DNA of 64,000 nt from an uncultured Clostridia bacterium (lineage in GTDB: Bacteria; Bacillota; Clostridia; Christensenellales; CAG-138). Position 1 is the stretch's first letter. Each line of letters starts with the position of its first letter. This document shows, piece by piece, positions 1 to 10,507 of this stretch. The notes beneath the pieces were generated by a model, which had not been told where the DNA came from, made no database searches, and saw only the letters and a program-made list of their open reading frames with translations. Made by a program: the position numbers and the translations under genes. The stretch lies in NCBI GenBank assembly GCA_946411635.1, contig CAMKES010000002.1, positions 134,585 to 198,584 of the forward strand. The letters are read 5' to 3'.

Positions 1-14
1 GATCACCTCCGAGA

Positions 15-44
15 TAAAAGAAGGGCAGTCTTCGCTGCCCCTCT
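15..44 (-). terminator. Putative rho-independent terminator downstream of pnp
   Basis: The minus strand reads GGGCAG-CGAAGA-CTGCCC followed by TTCTTTTAT, about 40 nt past the pnp stop at 82. Confidence 0.45.
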
Positions 45-81
45 TTATTCTGTTCGTTCGGTTTCCTTCGTATGCCGAAGC

Positions 82-2172
82 TTACGCGTCGGGAAGCAGA
101 TCCTTGCGGGTCAGTCCGATCTTGCCGGTCTTCGGATCGATCTCGAACACGCGCACGAGCACCTGATCGCCGAGATTCAGAACGTCCTCGACCTTGTTCA
201 CGCGCTCCTTCGCGATGCGGGAGATGTGCAGAAGTCCGTCGGTGCCGGGCTTGAGGTTCACGAACGCGCCGAATTCCTTGATGCCGACGACGGTCCCGAG
301 ATAGACCTTGCCGACTTCGATGTCCTCGACGATACCGTCGATGATGCGCTTCGCTTCCTCGGCCGCCGCCTGGTCGGGCGACGCGATGAAGACGCTGCCG
401 TCGTCCTCGATGTCGATCTTGACGCCGGTCTTTGCGATGATGCCGTTGATGGTCTTGCCGCCGCTGCCGATAACGTCGCGGATCTTGTCCGGATTGATCT
501 TGAAGGTCAGGATGCGCGGCGCATAGGGCGAAAGCTCTGCGCGCGGCTCGGCGATCGTCTCCGCCATCTTGTCCAGGATGAACAGACGGCCTTTGCGCGC
601 CTGTTCGAGCGCGCGGGTCAGGATCTCGCGGTCGATGCCCTTGATCTTGATGTCCATCTGGATCGCGGTGATGCCGTCACGCGTACCCGCCACCTTGAAG
701 TCCATGTCGCCGAGGAAGTCCTCGAGACCCTGGATGTCGGTGAGGATCGCGATGTTGCCGGAGTCGACGTCCTTGATGAGACCCATCGCAACGCCCGCAA
801 CGGGCTTTTTGATCGGAACGCCCGCGTCCATCAGCGCCAGCGTGCTCGCGCAGATCGAAGCCTGCGACGTGGAACCGTTCGAGCTGATGACCTCGCTCAC
901 GAGACGCATGCAGTACGGGAACTCCTCCTCGCTCGGAAGCACCGGAAGAAGCGCGCGCTCCGCAAGTGCGCCGTGACCGATCTCGCGGCGGCCGGGGCTG
1001 CGCACGGGACGCGTTTCACCGGTCGAATACGGCGGCATGTTGTACTGATGCATATAGCGCTTGCTGTCTTCGAGGGTGAGCCCGTCGAGGATCTGCGCTT
1101 CGGCGATCGTACCGAGGGTCGCGATCGTCATGACCTGCGTCTGGCCGCGGGTGAACACCGCGCTGCCGTGCGGACGCTCGAGCATATGCACTTCGCTCCA
1201 GATCGGACGGATCTCGTCCTGCGCGCGTCCGTCGGGACGGATCTTCTTGTTGATGATCTTGTCGCGCATGACTTCCTTCTGCATCTGGTACAGGATCGCG
1301 TCGACGTCCTTTTCCATGCCGGGATCGCTCTCCGCAAAGGCGGCCTTGGTCTCTTCCTTGACCTGCTCGGTGCGGACTTCGCGCTCGTGACGGTCGAACG
1401 TATCCATCTGCCAGACGACCTTGTCCATCGCGTACTCGCGCACGCGGCGGTTCAGATCCTCGTCCGGAACGTGGATGTTGACTTCCATCTTGGGCTTGCC
1501 GATCTCTTTCTGGATGCCTTCGATGAATTCGACGATCTTCTTGATCTCTTCATGCGCAAACAGGATCGCGCCGAGCATTTCCTCCTCGGTGACTTCGTTT
1601 GCGCCCGCCTCGACCATCATGACCGCGTCGCGGGTACCGGCGACGGTCAGCGCGAGACGGCTCTTTTCACGCTGCTCGCAGTCGGGGTTCAGAACGTACT
1701 CGCCGTCGACCAGGCCGACCGCCACGGAACCCGTCGGGCCCATGAACGGAGCGTTGGAGATGGACAGCGCGATGGAGGAGCCGATCATGCCCAGCACGTC
1801 GGGCTGGACGTCCTGCTCCACGGAAAGAACGGTCGCGATGACCTGCACGTCGTTGTAGAATCCCTTCGGGAACAACGGACGCAGCGGACGGTCGATCAGG
1901 CGGCTCGTCAGGATCGCCTTCTCGGTGGGACGGCCTTCCCGCTTGATGAAGCCGCCGGGGATCTTGCCGACCGCGTACAGCTTCTCTTCAAATTCAATGG
2001 ACAGCGGCAGAAAATCAACGCCGTCGCGCGGTTCTTTCGCGACCGTTGCGTTGACCATGACCGCCGTTCCGCCGCAGCGCACGAGGCAGTTGCCGCCCGC
2101 TTGCTCGGCGTACTTTCCGGTTTCGACGATCAGCTTGCGATCGCCGATCATGGTTTCGAACACTCTTTGCAT
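82..2172 (-). CDS. pnp: Polyribonucleotide nucleotidyltransferase (PNPase)
   Basis: 696 aa. The N-terminus ([27 protein letters not shown]) and the [28 protein letters not shown] motif match PNPase. Two RNase PH-like halves are followed by KH and S1 regions at the C-terminus. It follows rpsO, as in the canonical operon. Confidence 0.97.
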   Translation of the reverse strand: MQRVFETMIGDRKLIVETGKYAEQAGGNCLVRCGGTAVMVNATVAKEPRDGVDFLPLSIEFEEKLYAVGKIPGGFIKREGRPTEKAILTSRLIDRPLRPLFPKGFYNDVQVIATVLSVEQDVQPDVLGMIGSSIALSISNAPFMGPTGSVAVGLVDGEYVLNPDCEQREKSRLALTVAGTRDAVMMVEAGANEVTEEEMLGAILFAHEEIKKIVEFIEGIQKEIGKPKMEVNIHVPDEDLNRRVREYAMDKVVWQMDTFDRHEREVRTEQVKEETKAAFAESDPGMEKDVDAILYQMQKEVMRDKIINKKIRPDGRAQDEIRPIWSEVHMLERPHGSAVFTRGQTQVMTIATLGTIAEAQILDGLTLEDSKRYMHQYNMPPYSTGETRPVRSPGRREIGHGALAERALLPVLPSEEEFPYCMRLVSEVISSNGSTSQASICASTLALMDAGVPIKKPVAGVAMGLIKDVDSGNIAILTDIQGLEDFLGDMDFKVAGTRDGITAIQMDIKIKGIDREILTRALEQARKGRLFILDKMAETIAEPRAELSPYAPRILTFKINPDKIRDVIGSGGKTINGIIAKTGVKIDIEDDGSVFIASPDQAAAEEAKRIIDGIVEDIEVGKVYLGTVVGIKEFGAFVNLKPGTDGLLHISRIAKERVNKVEDVLNLGDQVLVRVFEIDPKTGKIGLTRKDLLPDA

Positions 2173-2235
2173 TTTGTCTTTTTTCCTCTTTATGTTTATT
2201 TAATTATTCCCGTTCAAAATGCGAAACGTGCAGCC

Positions 2236-2270
2236 AAAAAGATAGGCGGGAGTAACCCCCGCCCACTTTT
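2236..2270 (-). terminator. rpsO terminator / pnp leader hairpin
   Basis: The minus strand reads GGGCGGG-GGTTACT-CCCGCC followed by TATCTTTTTGG, immediately after the rpsO stop. This is the classical position of the rpsO-pnp intergenic hairpin. Confidence 0.5.
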
Positions 2271-2524
2271 TACTTTCTGAGGTTCAATGCTGCGATGATC
2301 GCTCTGTAGCGCTCGATGTCTTTTTCCTTCAGATAGTTCAGAAGGCCCCGGCGGGTACCGACCATCTTCAGAAGACCGCGACGGGAGTGATGGTCCTTCT
2401 GGTTGACCTTGAGGTGCTCGTTGAGGTGATTGATGCGTTCGGTCAGAAGCGCGATCTGAACCTCGGGAGAACCCGTGTCGCCCTCGTGCAGCGCGTACTT
2501 GGCAATGATTTCCTGTTTCGTCAT
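2270..2524 (-). CDS. rpsO: 30S ribosomal protein S15
   Basis: 84 aa ([39 protein letters not shown]...). The start was moved to the ATG at 2524, which has a GGAGGAA RBS 7 nt upstream. The 21-aa ORF-track extension has no support. Confidence 0.95.
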   Translation of the reverse strand: MTKQEIIAKYALHEGDTGSPEVQIALLTERINHLNEHLKVNQKDHHSRRGLLKMVGTRRGLLNYLKEKDIERYRAIIAALNLRK

Positions 2525-2615
2525 GATTATTTCCTCCTTTTTTTCGTATCCCCGTAGACTGCGTATGGCGTCGGAGAGTCGCATCAACCCAGTTTACGGA
2601 TTAACCTTTGACAGT

Positions 2616-3533
2616 TTAGCACAACGGTTCCGAATTGTAAACACTTTTTTTGCGTGTTTCGCAAACTTTTTTCGCTTCCGTCACGTCCGCGTCGATCTGC
2701 CGGAACAGCAGCTCTTTCGTTTCGAATTTCTTCTCGTCACGCAGACGTTTCAGAAACGCGACGCAGACGCGTTTTCCGTACAGATCGAGACGTTCGCCGA
2801 TGACGTGCGTTTCCGCCGTCCGCGTCCGGCCTCCGACCGTGGGATTCATGCCGACGTTGGTCACCGCGTCGTACCGCGTTCCGTCGAAGAACAGAAACGT
2901 CGCGTAAACGCCGTCCCCCGGAAGGATCTGCGCGCCCGCGTCGAGGTTTGCCGTCGGCCGGTCGAACCGGCGTCCCAGCGCCTTTGCGTGCACGACCGTT
3001 CCGCAGAGCGTGTACGGCCGTTCAAGCATGCGCTCCGCGCGTTCGACGTCGCCTTCGCGGATCGCGCTGCGGATCTCGGTGGACGCGCACGGCTTGCCGT
3101 CGACTTTGACCTCGTCGATCACCTCGAGCCGGATGCCGCGTTTTTCACACAGCGAGCCGAGGAGCGTCACGTCCCCCGCCGCCTTTGCGCCGAAGCGGTA
3201 ATCGAACCCGACGACGATCGCCGCGACCGTGCCGCCGTAACGCGCGTTCAGCCAGTCCGGGAACGCTTCCGGCGCCATCGCCGCAAACGCCGCGTCGAAC
3301 GGAATGCTGTCCACGCGATCGCACCCCGCCGCAAGGATCAGCGCGTCGCGCTGTTCCTTCGTGCAAAGATACGAAAACGCGCCGGAAAACAGTTCTTTCG
3401 GATGGTTGTCGTACGTGAACGCAACGGCGAGATCGCCGTTTTCGTGCGCGAGCGCCGCCGCGCGCTTCAAAAGCGTGCGATGTCCCGTATGCACGCCGTC
3501 AAACATGCCGAGCGCCACAACCGTCCGATTCAT
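2616..3533 (-). CDS. ribF: Bifunctional riboflavin kinase / FMN adenylyltransferase
   Basis: 305 aa starting MNRTVVALGMFDGVHTGHRTLL, with an FAD synthetase N-terminal half and a riboflavin kinase C-terminal half. A GGGAGGA RBS precedes the ATG at 3533. The upstream 138 aa of the ORF-track entry are Arg-rich and overlap truB. Confidence 0.92.
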   Translation of the reverse strand: MNRTVVALGMFDGVHTGHRTLLKRAAALAHENGDLAVAFTYDNHPKELFSGAFSYLCTKEQRDALILAAGCDRVDSIPFDAAFAAMAPEAFPDWLNARYGGTVAAIVVGFDYRFGAKAAGDVTLLGSLCEKRGIRLEVIDEVKVDGKPCASTEIRSAIREGDVERAERMLERPYTLCGTVVHAKALGRRFDRPTANLDAGAQILPGDGVYATFLFFDGTRYDAVTNVGMNPTVGGRTRTAETHVIGERLDLYGKRVCVAFLKRLRDEKKFETKELLFRQIDADVTEAKKVCETRKKSVYNSEPLC

Positions 3534-3601
3534 TTCAAAATCCTCCCTTGTCGGCTTCCCCGTGCAAGGGAAGCTGCCGCCGAACAGCGGCTGAGGGGCC
3601 G

Positions 3602-4471
3602 TTACTCCCCGTATAAATGCACCTTCAGCATCGCATCTCCGTCTTTGACGGCGCCGATGCCGAGAAACCCGCCGCAGTATATGCGGTACGTTCCGTCCGC
3701 GGCGTTCGTCCGCGTCGGAAGCCCGTTCATCGCCGGGCGTCTGCGGTCCGCCCTGAGATCGAGCCGCGGCAGGAACGAAGCCGCCTGCTCGCAGCTTACG
3801 AGCGTTTCCTCCAGACGTCCCGCTTCTTTCATGCGCTGCAGTTCCGCGATCGGGAACGCGCCGTCCAGCGTGAACGGACCGGACGCCGTGCGCAGCAGAA
3901 ACGCCATGTGCGCGGGCACGCCGATCGCCGCGCCGAGATCGCTGCAAAGCGTGCGGATATACGTCCCGCGGGAGCAGCAGACCTCCAGAAGAAACCGGTT
4001 CGGCCCGATCGTTTCCGTCCGTCTGAGCGAGAAGATCTCGACCTCGCGGGACTTGTCGGGGATCTCCGCGCCCGAAAGCGCGAGATCGTAAAGCTTTTTT
4101 CCGTTGAATTTCAGCGCCGAATACATCGGCGGCTTCTGCACGATCGTTCCGGTAAACTGCGGAAGGACCGAGTCGAGCACGTCCTCCGCGACCGTGCGGT
4201 CGCTCGTTTCCGTTACCGTGCCCTGCGCGTCCTGCGTGTCGGTCGCGGCGCCGAAGACGATCTCGGCGAGGTACGTCTTGCGCTTGTCGACCAGGTAATC
4301 GAACAGGCGCACCGCGCGCCCGACGCAGACGGGCAGAACGCCCGCCGCCTCGGGATCCAGCGTTCCGAGATGCCCGACGCGCTTCGTTTCATAGATTTTC
4401 CGCACGTCCACCACGACGTCGCTCGAGGACATCGCCGGAGGTTTCAGCACGGTCACGATCCCTTCGATCAT
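3602..4471 (-). CDS. truB: tRNA pseudouridine(55) synthase
   Basis: 289 aa with the GHLGTLDPEAAGVLPVCVG catalytic-Asp motif. Position between nrnA and ribF is conserved. Confidence 0.93.
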   Translation of the reverse strand: MIEGIVTVLKPPAMSSSDVVVDVRKIYETKRVGHLGTLDPEAAGVLPVCVGRAVRLFDYLVDKRKTYLAEIVFGAATDTQDAQGTVTETSDRTVAEDVLDSVLPQFTGTIVQKPPMYSALKFNGKKLYDLALSGAEIPDKSREVEIFSLRRTETIGPNRFLLEVCCSRGTYIRTLCSDLGAAIGVPAHMAFLLRTASGPFTLDGAFPIAELQRMKEAGRLEETLVSCEQAASFLPRLDLRADRRRPAMNGLPTRTNAADGTYRIYCGGFLGIGAVKDGDAMLKVHLYGE

Positions 4472-5424
4472 GCCAGTGCTTCCGTAAGCGCCTCGCGCAT
4501 TATGCGCGTCGCCTCTTCAAGCGGCAGTTCCAGCGTGCAGCCCGCGGCGCGGACGTGCCCGCCGCCGCCGAAGCGCTTTGCGATCGCCGCCACGTCGCAG
4601 GTCCTTTTGGACCGCATGCTGACACGGACGACGCCGCCCGATTCCCGCAGAACGCACGCCGCCTCGACGGTGTCAACGTCGCGGAGACTGTCGATCAGTC
4701 CCTCGCAGTCCTCTTTGGTCGCGCCGATCGCGTCGAGCACCGACTGCGGGATCGCGACGAGGTTGAGCCGTCCGGAGGCGGACAGTTCCATTTCGGTCAG
4801 AACGTACGCCGTCAGCTTTGCCTTCGGAAGCGTCATTTCGCGGAACAGAATGCGGTTCAGCTCCGGCAGATCGATCCCGTACGACAAAAGCTCCGCCGCG
4901 GCACGCAGCGAATCCGGCGTCGTGTTGGAATACGCGAAGTTGCCGGTATCGGTCGCGATCGCCGTATACAGCGCGACCGCGATCCCGTGCGTGACGGGAA
5001 CGGACAGCGCGTGAAGAAGCCGCAGGATCAGTTCACCCGTCGCCCCGGCCTCCTCGACCCAGTCGCCGTCCTTCGACGCGCGCGGATTCGTGCCGTGATG
5101 GTCGATGCAGAACTGATACGGCGCGGTCTCCAGCACGGACTGCAGCGCGCCCGTGCGCTTATGATCCGCGCAGTCCACGTAGATCACGGCCTCCTTCGGG
5201 AGCGTGATCCCTTCCGTGCCGGTCACGGCCGCCGCGCCCTCCAGAAATCCGAGGTTTGCGGGAACACGGTCGGGACAGACCACTTCGGCTTCCTTGCCGA
5301 GCGCCGTCAGCGCCGTGCGCAAAGCAAGGCAAGAGCCCAGCGTGTCGCCGTCGGGCGACTGGTGGGCTGCCAGATAAAAGGATTGATGCGATTGTATGAA
5401 TGACGCCGCGCGTTCGAGGTTCAT
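4468..5424 (-). CDS. nrnA: DHH/DHHA1 phosphoesterase (NrnA-type oligoribonuclease/pAp phosphatase)
   Basis: 318 aa with the DGDTLGS and CIDHHGTN (DHH) motifs and a C-terminal GGGH motif. Its stop overlaps the truB start by 4 nt. Confidence 0.85.
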   Translation of the reverse strand: MNLERAASFIQSHQSFYLAAHQSPDGDTLGSCLALRTALTALGKEAEVVCPDRVPANLGFLEGAAAVTGTEGITLPKEAVIYVDCADHKRTGALQSVLETAPYQFCIDHHGTNPRASKDGDWVEEAGATGELILRLLHALSVPVTHGIAVALYTAIATDTGNFAYSNTTPDSLRAAAELLSYGIDLPELNRILFREMTLPKAKLTAYVLTEMELSASGRLNLVAIPQSVLDAIGATKEDCEGLIDSLRDVDTVEAACVLRESGGVVRVSMRSKRTCDVAAIAKRFGGGGHVRAAGCTLELPLEEATRIMREALTEALA

Positions 5425-5795
5425 TCGTTCTCCTCCTTTGCGGAAGCGTCGTCCTTGTGCAGCGAGCGGATGACCTCGGAGATGTGCACCGAGTACGCGA
5501 TCGAATCGTCGCCGACGAAGCGGATCGCCGGAACGCGCCGGATCGTCATGCGGCTGCCGACCTCGTGCGCGATGAAGCCCGCCGCGTGGTTCAACGCGTC
5601 GACCGCGCTCGCCGCGGCGTTCGGATCGGTGTCGAACACCGAAACGTGCGCCTTTGCGTATTTGAGGTCGGGCGTAACTTCCATCTCGGTGATCGACGTC
5701 ACCGCGGGGATGCGCGGATCCTTCATGTCGAAGATAATCGCACTGACCGTCTTTTTGAGCTCTTCACGGAGCCGTTCATTTCTGACCTTTGCCAT
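5421..5795 (-). CDS. rbfA: Ribosome-binding factor A
   Basis: 124 aa ([30 protein letters not shown]...). The ATG at 5795 overlaps the infB TGA (ATGA). Confidence 0.92.
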   Translation of the reverse strand: MAKVRNERLREELKKTVSAIIFDMKDPRIPAVTSITEMEVTPDLKYAKAHVSVFDTDPNAAASAVDALNHAAGFIAHEVGSRMTIRRVPAIRFVGDDSIAYSVHISEVIRSLHKDDASAKEENE

Positions 5796-8284
5796 CAGCG
5801 CTTCACTTCCTCCATCGTGTAGCATTCGATCACGTCTTCTTCAAGAATGTCGTTGAAGTTCTCAATCGAGATGCCGCATTCGTAACCGGCAAGGACTTCC
5901 TTCGCGTCGTCCTTGAAGCGCTTCAGCGAGGCGATCTTGCCGTCGTGCAGAACGATGCCGCCGCGAACCACGCGCACCTGCGCGGAACGGGTGACCTTGC
6001 CCTCGTTGACGTACGCGCCCGCGATCGTGCCGACGCCGGAGATGCGGAACGTGCTGCGGACCGTGCAGCGGCCGAGCTCGACTTCCTGGAACACGGGCTT
6101 GAACATGCCCTTCATTGCGTTTTCGACGTCCTCGATCGCGTTGTAAATGACGCGGTACGTCCGTACGTCGACCTTTTCCTTTTCGGACATGGCGCGCGCC
6201 GAGGAATCCGGACGCACGTTGAAGCCGATGACGATCGCGTTCGACGCGGACGCGAACATGATGTCCGATCCGGTGATCGCGCCGACGCCGCTGTGGATGC
6301 AGCGTACGCGGACTTCGTCGTTCGAAAGCTTCTCGAGCGCCTGCTTGACGGCCTCGACGGAGCCCTGCACGTCCGCCTTGATGATCAGGTTCAGGTCTTT
6401 GAGTTCGCCCTCCGCCATCTGGTTGAACAGATCGTCGAGCGAGACCTTCTGGGCCTGCTTGATCTGCGCCGCCTTCAGGCGGTCGCGGCGTTCCTCCGCA
6501 ACCTGACGGTTCAGCTTATCGTCGTCCGCCGCAAAGAGCACGTCGCCCGCTGCGGGAACCTCGTTGAAGCCGAGCACCTCGACCGGCATGGACGGACCCG
6601 CCGCGTTGACCGAGCGGCCCTTGTCGTCCATCATCGCGCGTACGCGGCCGTACGCCGTGCCGGCGACGATCGTGTCGCCCTTATGCAGCGTGCCGTTCTG
6701 CACGAGAACGGTCGCCACCGGGCCGCGCGCCTTGTCGAGCTGCGCTTCGATGATCGTGCCCTTCGCAAGACGGTCGGGATTCGCTTTGAGCTCGAGGACG
6801 TCCGCCTGCAAAAGCACCATTTCCAGGAGCTGATCGAGGTTGATCTGCTTCTTTGCCGAGACCGGCACGCAGATCGTGTCGCCGCCCCACTCCTCGGTGA
6901 CGAGACCGTATTCGGTGAGCTGCTGCTTGACGCGCTCGGGATCCGCGGTATCGCGGTCGATCTTGTTGATCGCGACGACGATCGGAACGCCCGCCGCCTT
7001 CGCGTGGTTGATCGCTTCGATCGTCTGCGGCATGATGCCGTCGTCCGCCGCAACGACCAGGATGACGATGTCCGTGACCTGTGCGCCGCGGGCACGCATG
7101 GCGGTGAACGCCTCGTGGCCCGGCGTATCGATGAAGGTGATCTGACGTCCGTTCAGCGTGACGGTGTACGCGCCGATGTGCTGCGTGATGCCGCCTGCCT
7201 CACCGGCGGTAACGTGCGAATTGCGGATCGCGTCGAGCAGCGACGTCTTGCCGTGGTCGACGTGTCCCATGATCGTAACGACCGGGGGACGCGGTTTCAG
7301 CGTTTCGGGCGCGTCGGCGTCCTCCGCGGCGTCCAGCAGGACGTCCTCAAACGACTTCGCGATCTGCTGCTCGAGCGTGATGTTGAACTCGCCCGCGATC
7401 AGCTCGCAGGTGTCGAAATCCAGCTCCTGATTGATGTTCGCAACGATGCCGAGCATCAGAAGTTTTTTGAGGATCTCGTTCGCGGGCTTGCCGAGCTTTT
7501 CGGAAAGGTCCTTGACCGTGATCGTTTCGGTGGTGATCACCGCGTGATCGATCACGACGGGCGCGGGCTTCGGCTGCTGTACCTCGGCCTCGTGACGCTT
7601 CGCCTTGCGGCGGTTGCCCATCTGTCCGTCATCCTCCCAGCCGCGTGCGGTCGGGCCGGCTTCCTTCATCATCGTCTTCTTGTTCTTTGCCTTCTTATCC
7701 GCCGGTTCAAACGGCTTTTTCTTGTCGTTGTTCCGGTTGTTTTTGCCGGTGTCGGAGGGACTCGGCGGATTGATCATGACGGCGCGGCTTCCGCCGGTTC
7801 CGTCGCGGCGCTGGCCCTTCTGATCCTGCCCGGGACGGCGGTCGCCGGATTCCCTGCCCTGACCGTCGCGCGGACGGTCCTTTCTCTGCATGCCGGGACG
7901 GTCGCCCTCGCCGGTGCGCTGCGGCCGTTCGGTCCGCTCTGCGGGACGCACAGGTCTCTGCTCGTCGGGCTTTTTCGGCTCGACCTGGATCGGCACGATC
8001 TCCGCGACCGGTTCGGACGGCGTTTCTTCCGCTTCGCTGCCGCCGGCATGCGCGGCAAGATCCTGCTCGCTTTCCAGCAGCGCCTTCAGCCGCTCGGCGC
8101 GTTCGCGTTCCTCACGCTCCCGCTTTTCCTGCTCCTCGCGGTCGATCATGCTGCCTTCGGTGCGGCGCGCGGAATCGAGAAGCGTTCCGATCGAACCCTT
8201 CGTCGCATCCAGCGCGTGCAGAAGCGCCTGCATTTCCTCCTTCAGATTTTTAACGGTTTCCATGAAATTCGTAGCCATACTCAT
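5795..8284 (-). CDS. infB: Translation initiation factor IF-2
   Basis: The GTPase core is present ([29 protein letters not shown]), preceded by a low-complexity K/R/E/P-rich N-terminal region. The start was set at the ATG at 8284, which overlaps the ylxQ stop; the ATG at 8278 is an alternative. Confidence 0.93.
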   Translation of the reverse strand: MSMATNFMETVKNLKEEMQALLHALDATKGSIGTLLDSARRTEGSMIDREEQEKREREERERAERLKALLESEQDLAAHAGGSEAEETPSEPVAEIVPIQVEPKKPDEQRPVRPAERTERPQRTGEGDRPGMQRKDRPRDGQGRESGDRRPGQDQKGQRRDGTGGSRAVMINPPSPSDTGKNNRNNDKKKPFEPADKKAKNKKTMMKEAGPTARGWEDDGQMGNRRKAKRHEAEVQQPKPAPVVIDHAVITTETITVKDLSEKLGKPANEILKKLLMLGIVANINQELDFDTCELIAGEFNITLEQQIAKSFEDVLLDAAEDADAPETLKPRPPVVTIMGHVDHGKTSLLDAIRNSHVTAGEAGGITQHIGAYTVTLNGRQITFIDTPGHEAFTAMRARGAQVTDIVILVVAADDGIMPQTIEAINHAKAAGVPIVVAINKIDRDTADPERVKQQLTEYGLVTEEWGGDTICVPVSAKKQINLDQLLEMVLLQADVLELKANPDRLAKGTIIEAQLDKARGPVATVLVQNGTLHKGDTIVAGTAYGRVRAMMDDKGRSVNAAGPSMPVEVLGFNEVPAAGDVLFAADDDKLNRQVAEERRDRLKAAQIKQAQKVSLDDLFNQMAEGELKDLNLIIKADVQGSVEAVKQALEKLSNDEVRVRCIHSGVGAITGSDIMFASASNAIVIGFNVRPDSSARAMSEKEKVDVRTYRVIYNAIEDVENAMKGMFKPVFQEVELGRCTVRSTFRISGVGTIAGAYVNEGKVTRSAQVRVVRGGIVLHDGKIASLKRFKDDAKEVLAGYECGISIENFNDILEEDVIECYTMEEVKR

Positions 8285-8589
8285 CCCCGCTTTCCATCGG
8301 TGCTGCACGTTGCGTGCTCGATCATGGACCGGAAGGACTCGTCCGTGACCGCCATAACGATCCGGGACGTCTTTCCGATCGCGCGTCCGACGGTTTCCGT
8401 CATCAGAAGCGGAACGCCGTGCGACGCACATAATTGTTCATAACGCGCCTTCGTTGCCTCGGACGCCGTTTCTTCCAGGATAACCAGCTTTGCTTTGCCG
8501 GCGCGGATCGTTTTTTCGACCGCGAAGGCGCCGCTTTGCGCCTTGCCCGCCTTCATGCAAAGCCCGATCGCGTTAAACAGCCGATCCAC
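8281..8589 (-). CDS. ylxQ: L7Ae-family RNA-binding protein YlxQ
   Basis: 102 aa ([20 protein letters not shown]...[13 protein letters not shown]). The GTG at 8589 is preceded by a GGGGAGG RBS. Position between ylxR and infB is conserved. Confidence 0.8.
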   Translation of the reverse strand: MDRLFNAIGLCMKAGKAQSGAFAVEKTIRAGKAKLVILEETASEATKARYEQLCASHGVPLLMTETVGRAIGKTSRIVMAVTDESFRSMIEHATCSTDGKRG

Positions 8590-8845
8590 GTGCCTCGACC
8601 TCCCCGGCAAGGACCGCGAACAGCGCTTCGGACGCCGGCGCTTCCAGCGCACGCTCGAGCGCGCGCGTTTTGATCGCCTTCCGGAGGCACGCCTCGTCGC
8701 AGCAGAGATACGCGCCGCGTCCGTTCAGCTTGCCCGTCCGATCGAGTTCAAGCGTTCCCTCGCCCGTGCGCACGATGCGCATCAGATCTTTTTTCGCCCG
8801 CATTTCGCGGCAGGCGACGCACATTCGCATCGGGATCTTCTTCAA
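8573..8845 (-). CDS. ylxR: YlxR/RnpM family (DUF448) RNA-binding protein
   Basis: 90 aa with MRMCVACREMRAKKDLMRIV...GRGAYLC, typical of DUF448. It lies directly downstream of nusA. Confidence 0.88.
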   Translation of the reverse strand: MKKIPMRMCVACREMRAKKDLMRIVRTGEGTLELDRTGKLNGRGAYLCCDEACLRKAIKTRALERALEAPASEALFAVLAGEVEARGSAV

Positions 8846-8849
8846 GCGA

Positions 8850-9926
8850 TCATTCCTCCGTCTGATGCTCCGCAGCCGCGGCTTCGACCGCCGCGTCCGC
8901 CTGCGACTGGCTCTTGATATCGATCTTCCAGCCGGTCAGCTTCGCCGCAAGACGCGCGTTCTGACCCTCCTTGCCGATGGCAAGCGACAGCTGGGAATCC
9001 GGCACGACGACGCGGGCCGCTTTTTCGTCCTCGTTGACGTAGACCATCAGGACCTTCGCGGGGCTCAGCGCCTTTGCGATATAGATCGCGCTGTCGGAAT
9101 CGTACTCGATGATATCGATCTTCTCGTTGTGCAGTTCGTTGACGATGCGCTCTACGCGCGCGCCGCGCGGACCGACGCACGCGCCGACGGCGTCGACCTG
9201 CGGATCGGTCGAGAATACGGAGATCTTGGTGCGGAAGCCCGCTTCACGCGCGATCGATTTGATCTGGACCGTGCCGTTCATGATCTCGGGCACTTCAAGC
9301 TCGAACAGGCGCTTGACAAGGCTCGGATGCGTGCGGCTCACGACGATCTGCGGGCCCTTGTTCTCCTTGCGGACCTCCAGCACGTACACCTTGATGCGCT
9401 CGTTGTTCTCGTATTCCTCGCCGGGGATCATTTCGTTCGGCGTCAGGATGCCGTCCGTCTTGCCCAGCTCGACGTAAACGTTGCCCTTCTCCACGCGCTG
9501 CACGATCGCGGTCAGGATCTCGTTTTCCTTCTCCACGTATTCGTCGTAGATGTTGTTGCGTTCCGCCTCGCGGATGCGCTGGACCATGACCTGCTTCGCA
9601 GTCTGCGCGGCGATGCGGCCGAAGTCCTTCGCGAACGCTTCCTCCTCGAGCACGTCGCCGAGTTCATACAGCGGGTTGACCTTCTTCGCCTGTTCCAGCG
9701 AGATCTCCTGCGACGGATTCTCGACGGTCTCGACGACGGTCTTGCTCGCGTAGATGTGGTAGTCGCCGGTATCGCCGTCGACCTCGGCACGGACGTTGCC
9801 GGTCGAGTTGTAGTTGCGCTTATAGGCGACGATCAGCGCGGATTCAAATGCGGCCAGAAGCACGGACTTCTTGATGCCGCGTTCCTTTTCAAGTGCGTTC
9901 AGTGCTTCGATAAACTCTGCGTTCAT
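8850..9926 (-). CDS. nusA: Transcription termination/antitermination factor NusA
   Basis: 358 aa with N-terminus MNAEFIEALNALEKERGIKKSVLL, followed by S1 and two KH regions (GACVGPRGARVERIVNEL, AIGKEGQNARLAAKLTGWKIDI). Confidence 0.96.
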   Translation of the reverse strand: MNAEFIEALNALEKERGIKKSVLLAAFESALIVAYKRNYNSTGNVRAEVDGDTGDYHIYASKTVVETVENPSQEISLEQAKKVNPLYELGDVLEEEAFAKDFGRIAAQTAKQVMVQRIREAERNNIYDEYVEKENEILTAIVQRVEKGNVYVELGKTDGILTPNEMIPGEEYENNERIKVYVLEVRKENKGPQIVVSRTHPSLVKRLFELEVPEIMNGTVQIKSIAREAGFRTKISVFSTDPQVDAVGACVGPRGARVERIVNELHNEKIDIIEYDSDSAIYIAKALSPAKVLMVYVNEDEKAARVVVPDSQLSLAIGKEGQNARLAAKLTGWKIDIKSQSQADAAVEAAAAEHQTEE

Positions 9927-9946
9927 GATGGTGTTCCTTTCTGAAA

Positions 9947-10402
9947 TTAAAACCTGATGTTCGGACGGACGAGCGCGCAGTCCTTCTTTTTGACGGTCAG
10001 CGCGATCCCCGATTCCGTTTCCACGGTGAAGCCGTCCGCATCAAACGCGGTCAGCGTCCCGATCCATTGCTTTTTCCCGTTTTGCGGGGCGTACAGCTTG
10101 ATCTCAAGCTCCTGCCCCATCGCGCGTTCGAAATCGCGCGGCTTTTTGAGCGGGCGGTCGATCCCGAGCGAGGAGACCGACAGCACGTATTCCTGATCGA
10201 TCGGATCCGCCTCGTCCAGGATCGGCTCGATCGCGCGGCTGACCGCCTCGCAATCATCGATCGTGACGCCCTCGGGCCGGTCGATATAGAACGTCAGCAC
10301 CCAGTCGCCGTATTCGCGCTGATAGTCGACGTCGCACAGTTCGAATCCGAGCGATTCGATCTTCGCCTTGCAGAGATTCTCGCAGATCTCGGTCGTTTTC
10401 AC
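9947..10402 (-). CDS. rimP: Ribosome maturation factor RimP
   Basis: RimP-like sequence (GFELCDVDYQREYGDWVLTFYIDRPEGVTIDDCEAVSR). The start was set at the GTG at 10402, which has an AGGAAGGA RBS. The ORF-track ATG at 10453 would lie upstream of the leader terminator hairpin. Confidence 0.85.
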   Translation of the reverse strand: MKTTEICENLCKAKIESLGFELCDVDYQREYGDWVLTFYIDRPEGVTIDDCEAVSRAIEPILDEADPIDQEYVLSVSSLGIDRPLKKPRDFERAMGQELEIKLYAPQNGKKQWIGTLTAFDADGFTVETESGIALTVKKKDCALVRPNIRF

Positions 10403-10417
10403 GGTTCCTTCCTCTCT

Positions 10418-10504
10418 CAAAACAAAAGAGCGGGATTTCGCCCACTCCTTCAAGTTCTACATTGCCAACGGAGGCATTGTATCACAGTCCTCCGCAAAAT
10501 GCAA
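10418..10504 (-). promoter_or_regulatory. rimP-nusA promoter plus leader terminator (attenuator) hairpin
   Basis: The minus strand shows TTGCAT (10499-10504), a 17-nt spacer and TACAAT (10476-10481). The hairpin GAGTGGG-CGAAAT-CCCGCTC (10428-10447) follows, then TTTTGTTTT, ending about 15 nt before the rimP RBS. Confidence 0.55.
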
Positions 10505-10507
10505 GCA

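Noticed and set aside
1-12. GATCACCTCC at the very start of the window resembles the anti-Shine-Dalgarno 3' end of 16S rRNA.
   Set aside because: Only 10 nt match, and the sequence continues GAGATAAAAG instead of TTTCT. It lies just upstream of the pnp terminator hairpin on the other strand. This is insufficient to call an rRNA end.
226-2280. Very long ORFs antisense to well-supported genes. Examples: 226..2280(+), 5789..8443(+), 11068..14130(+, 1020 aa), 15697..17367(-), 31522..34071(+), 36497..39253(+), 39254..41467(+), 45374..47143(-), 48513..50273(-).
   Set aside because: Each mirrors a gene with a clear family assignment on the other strand. Their translations are Arg/Asp/His/Leu-rich low-complexity sequence with no motifs and no RBS. 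Such shadow ORFs are expected in GC-rich DNA, where stop codons are rare.
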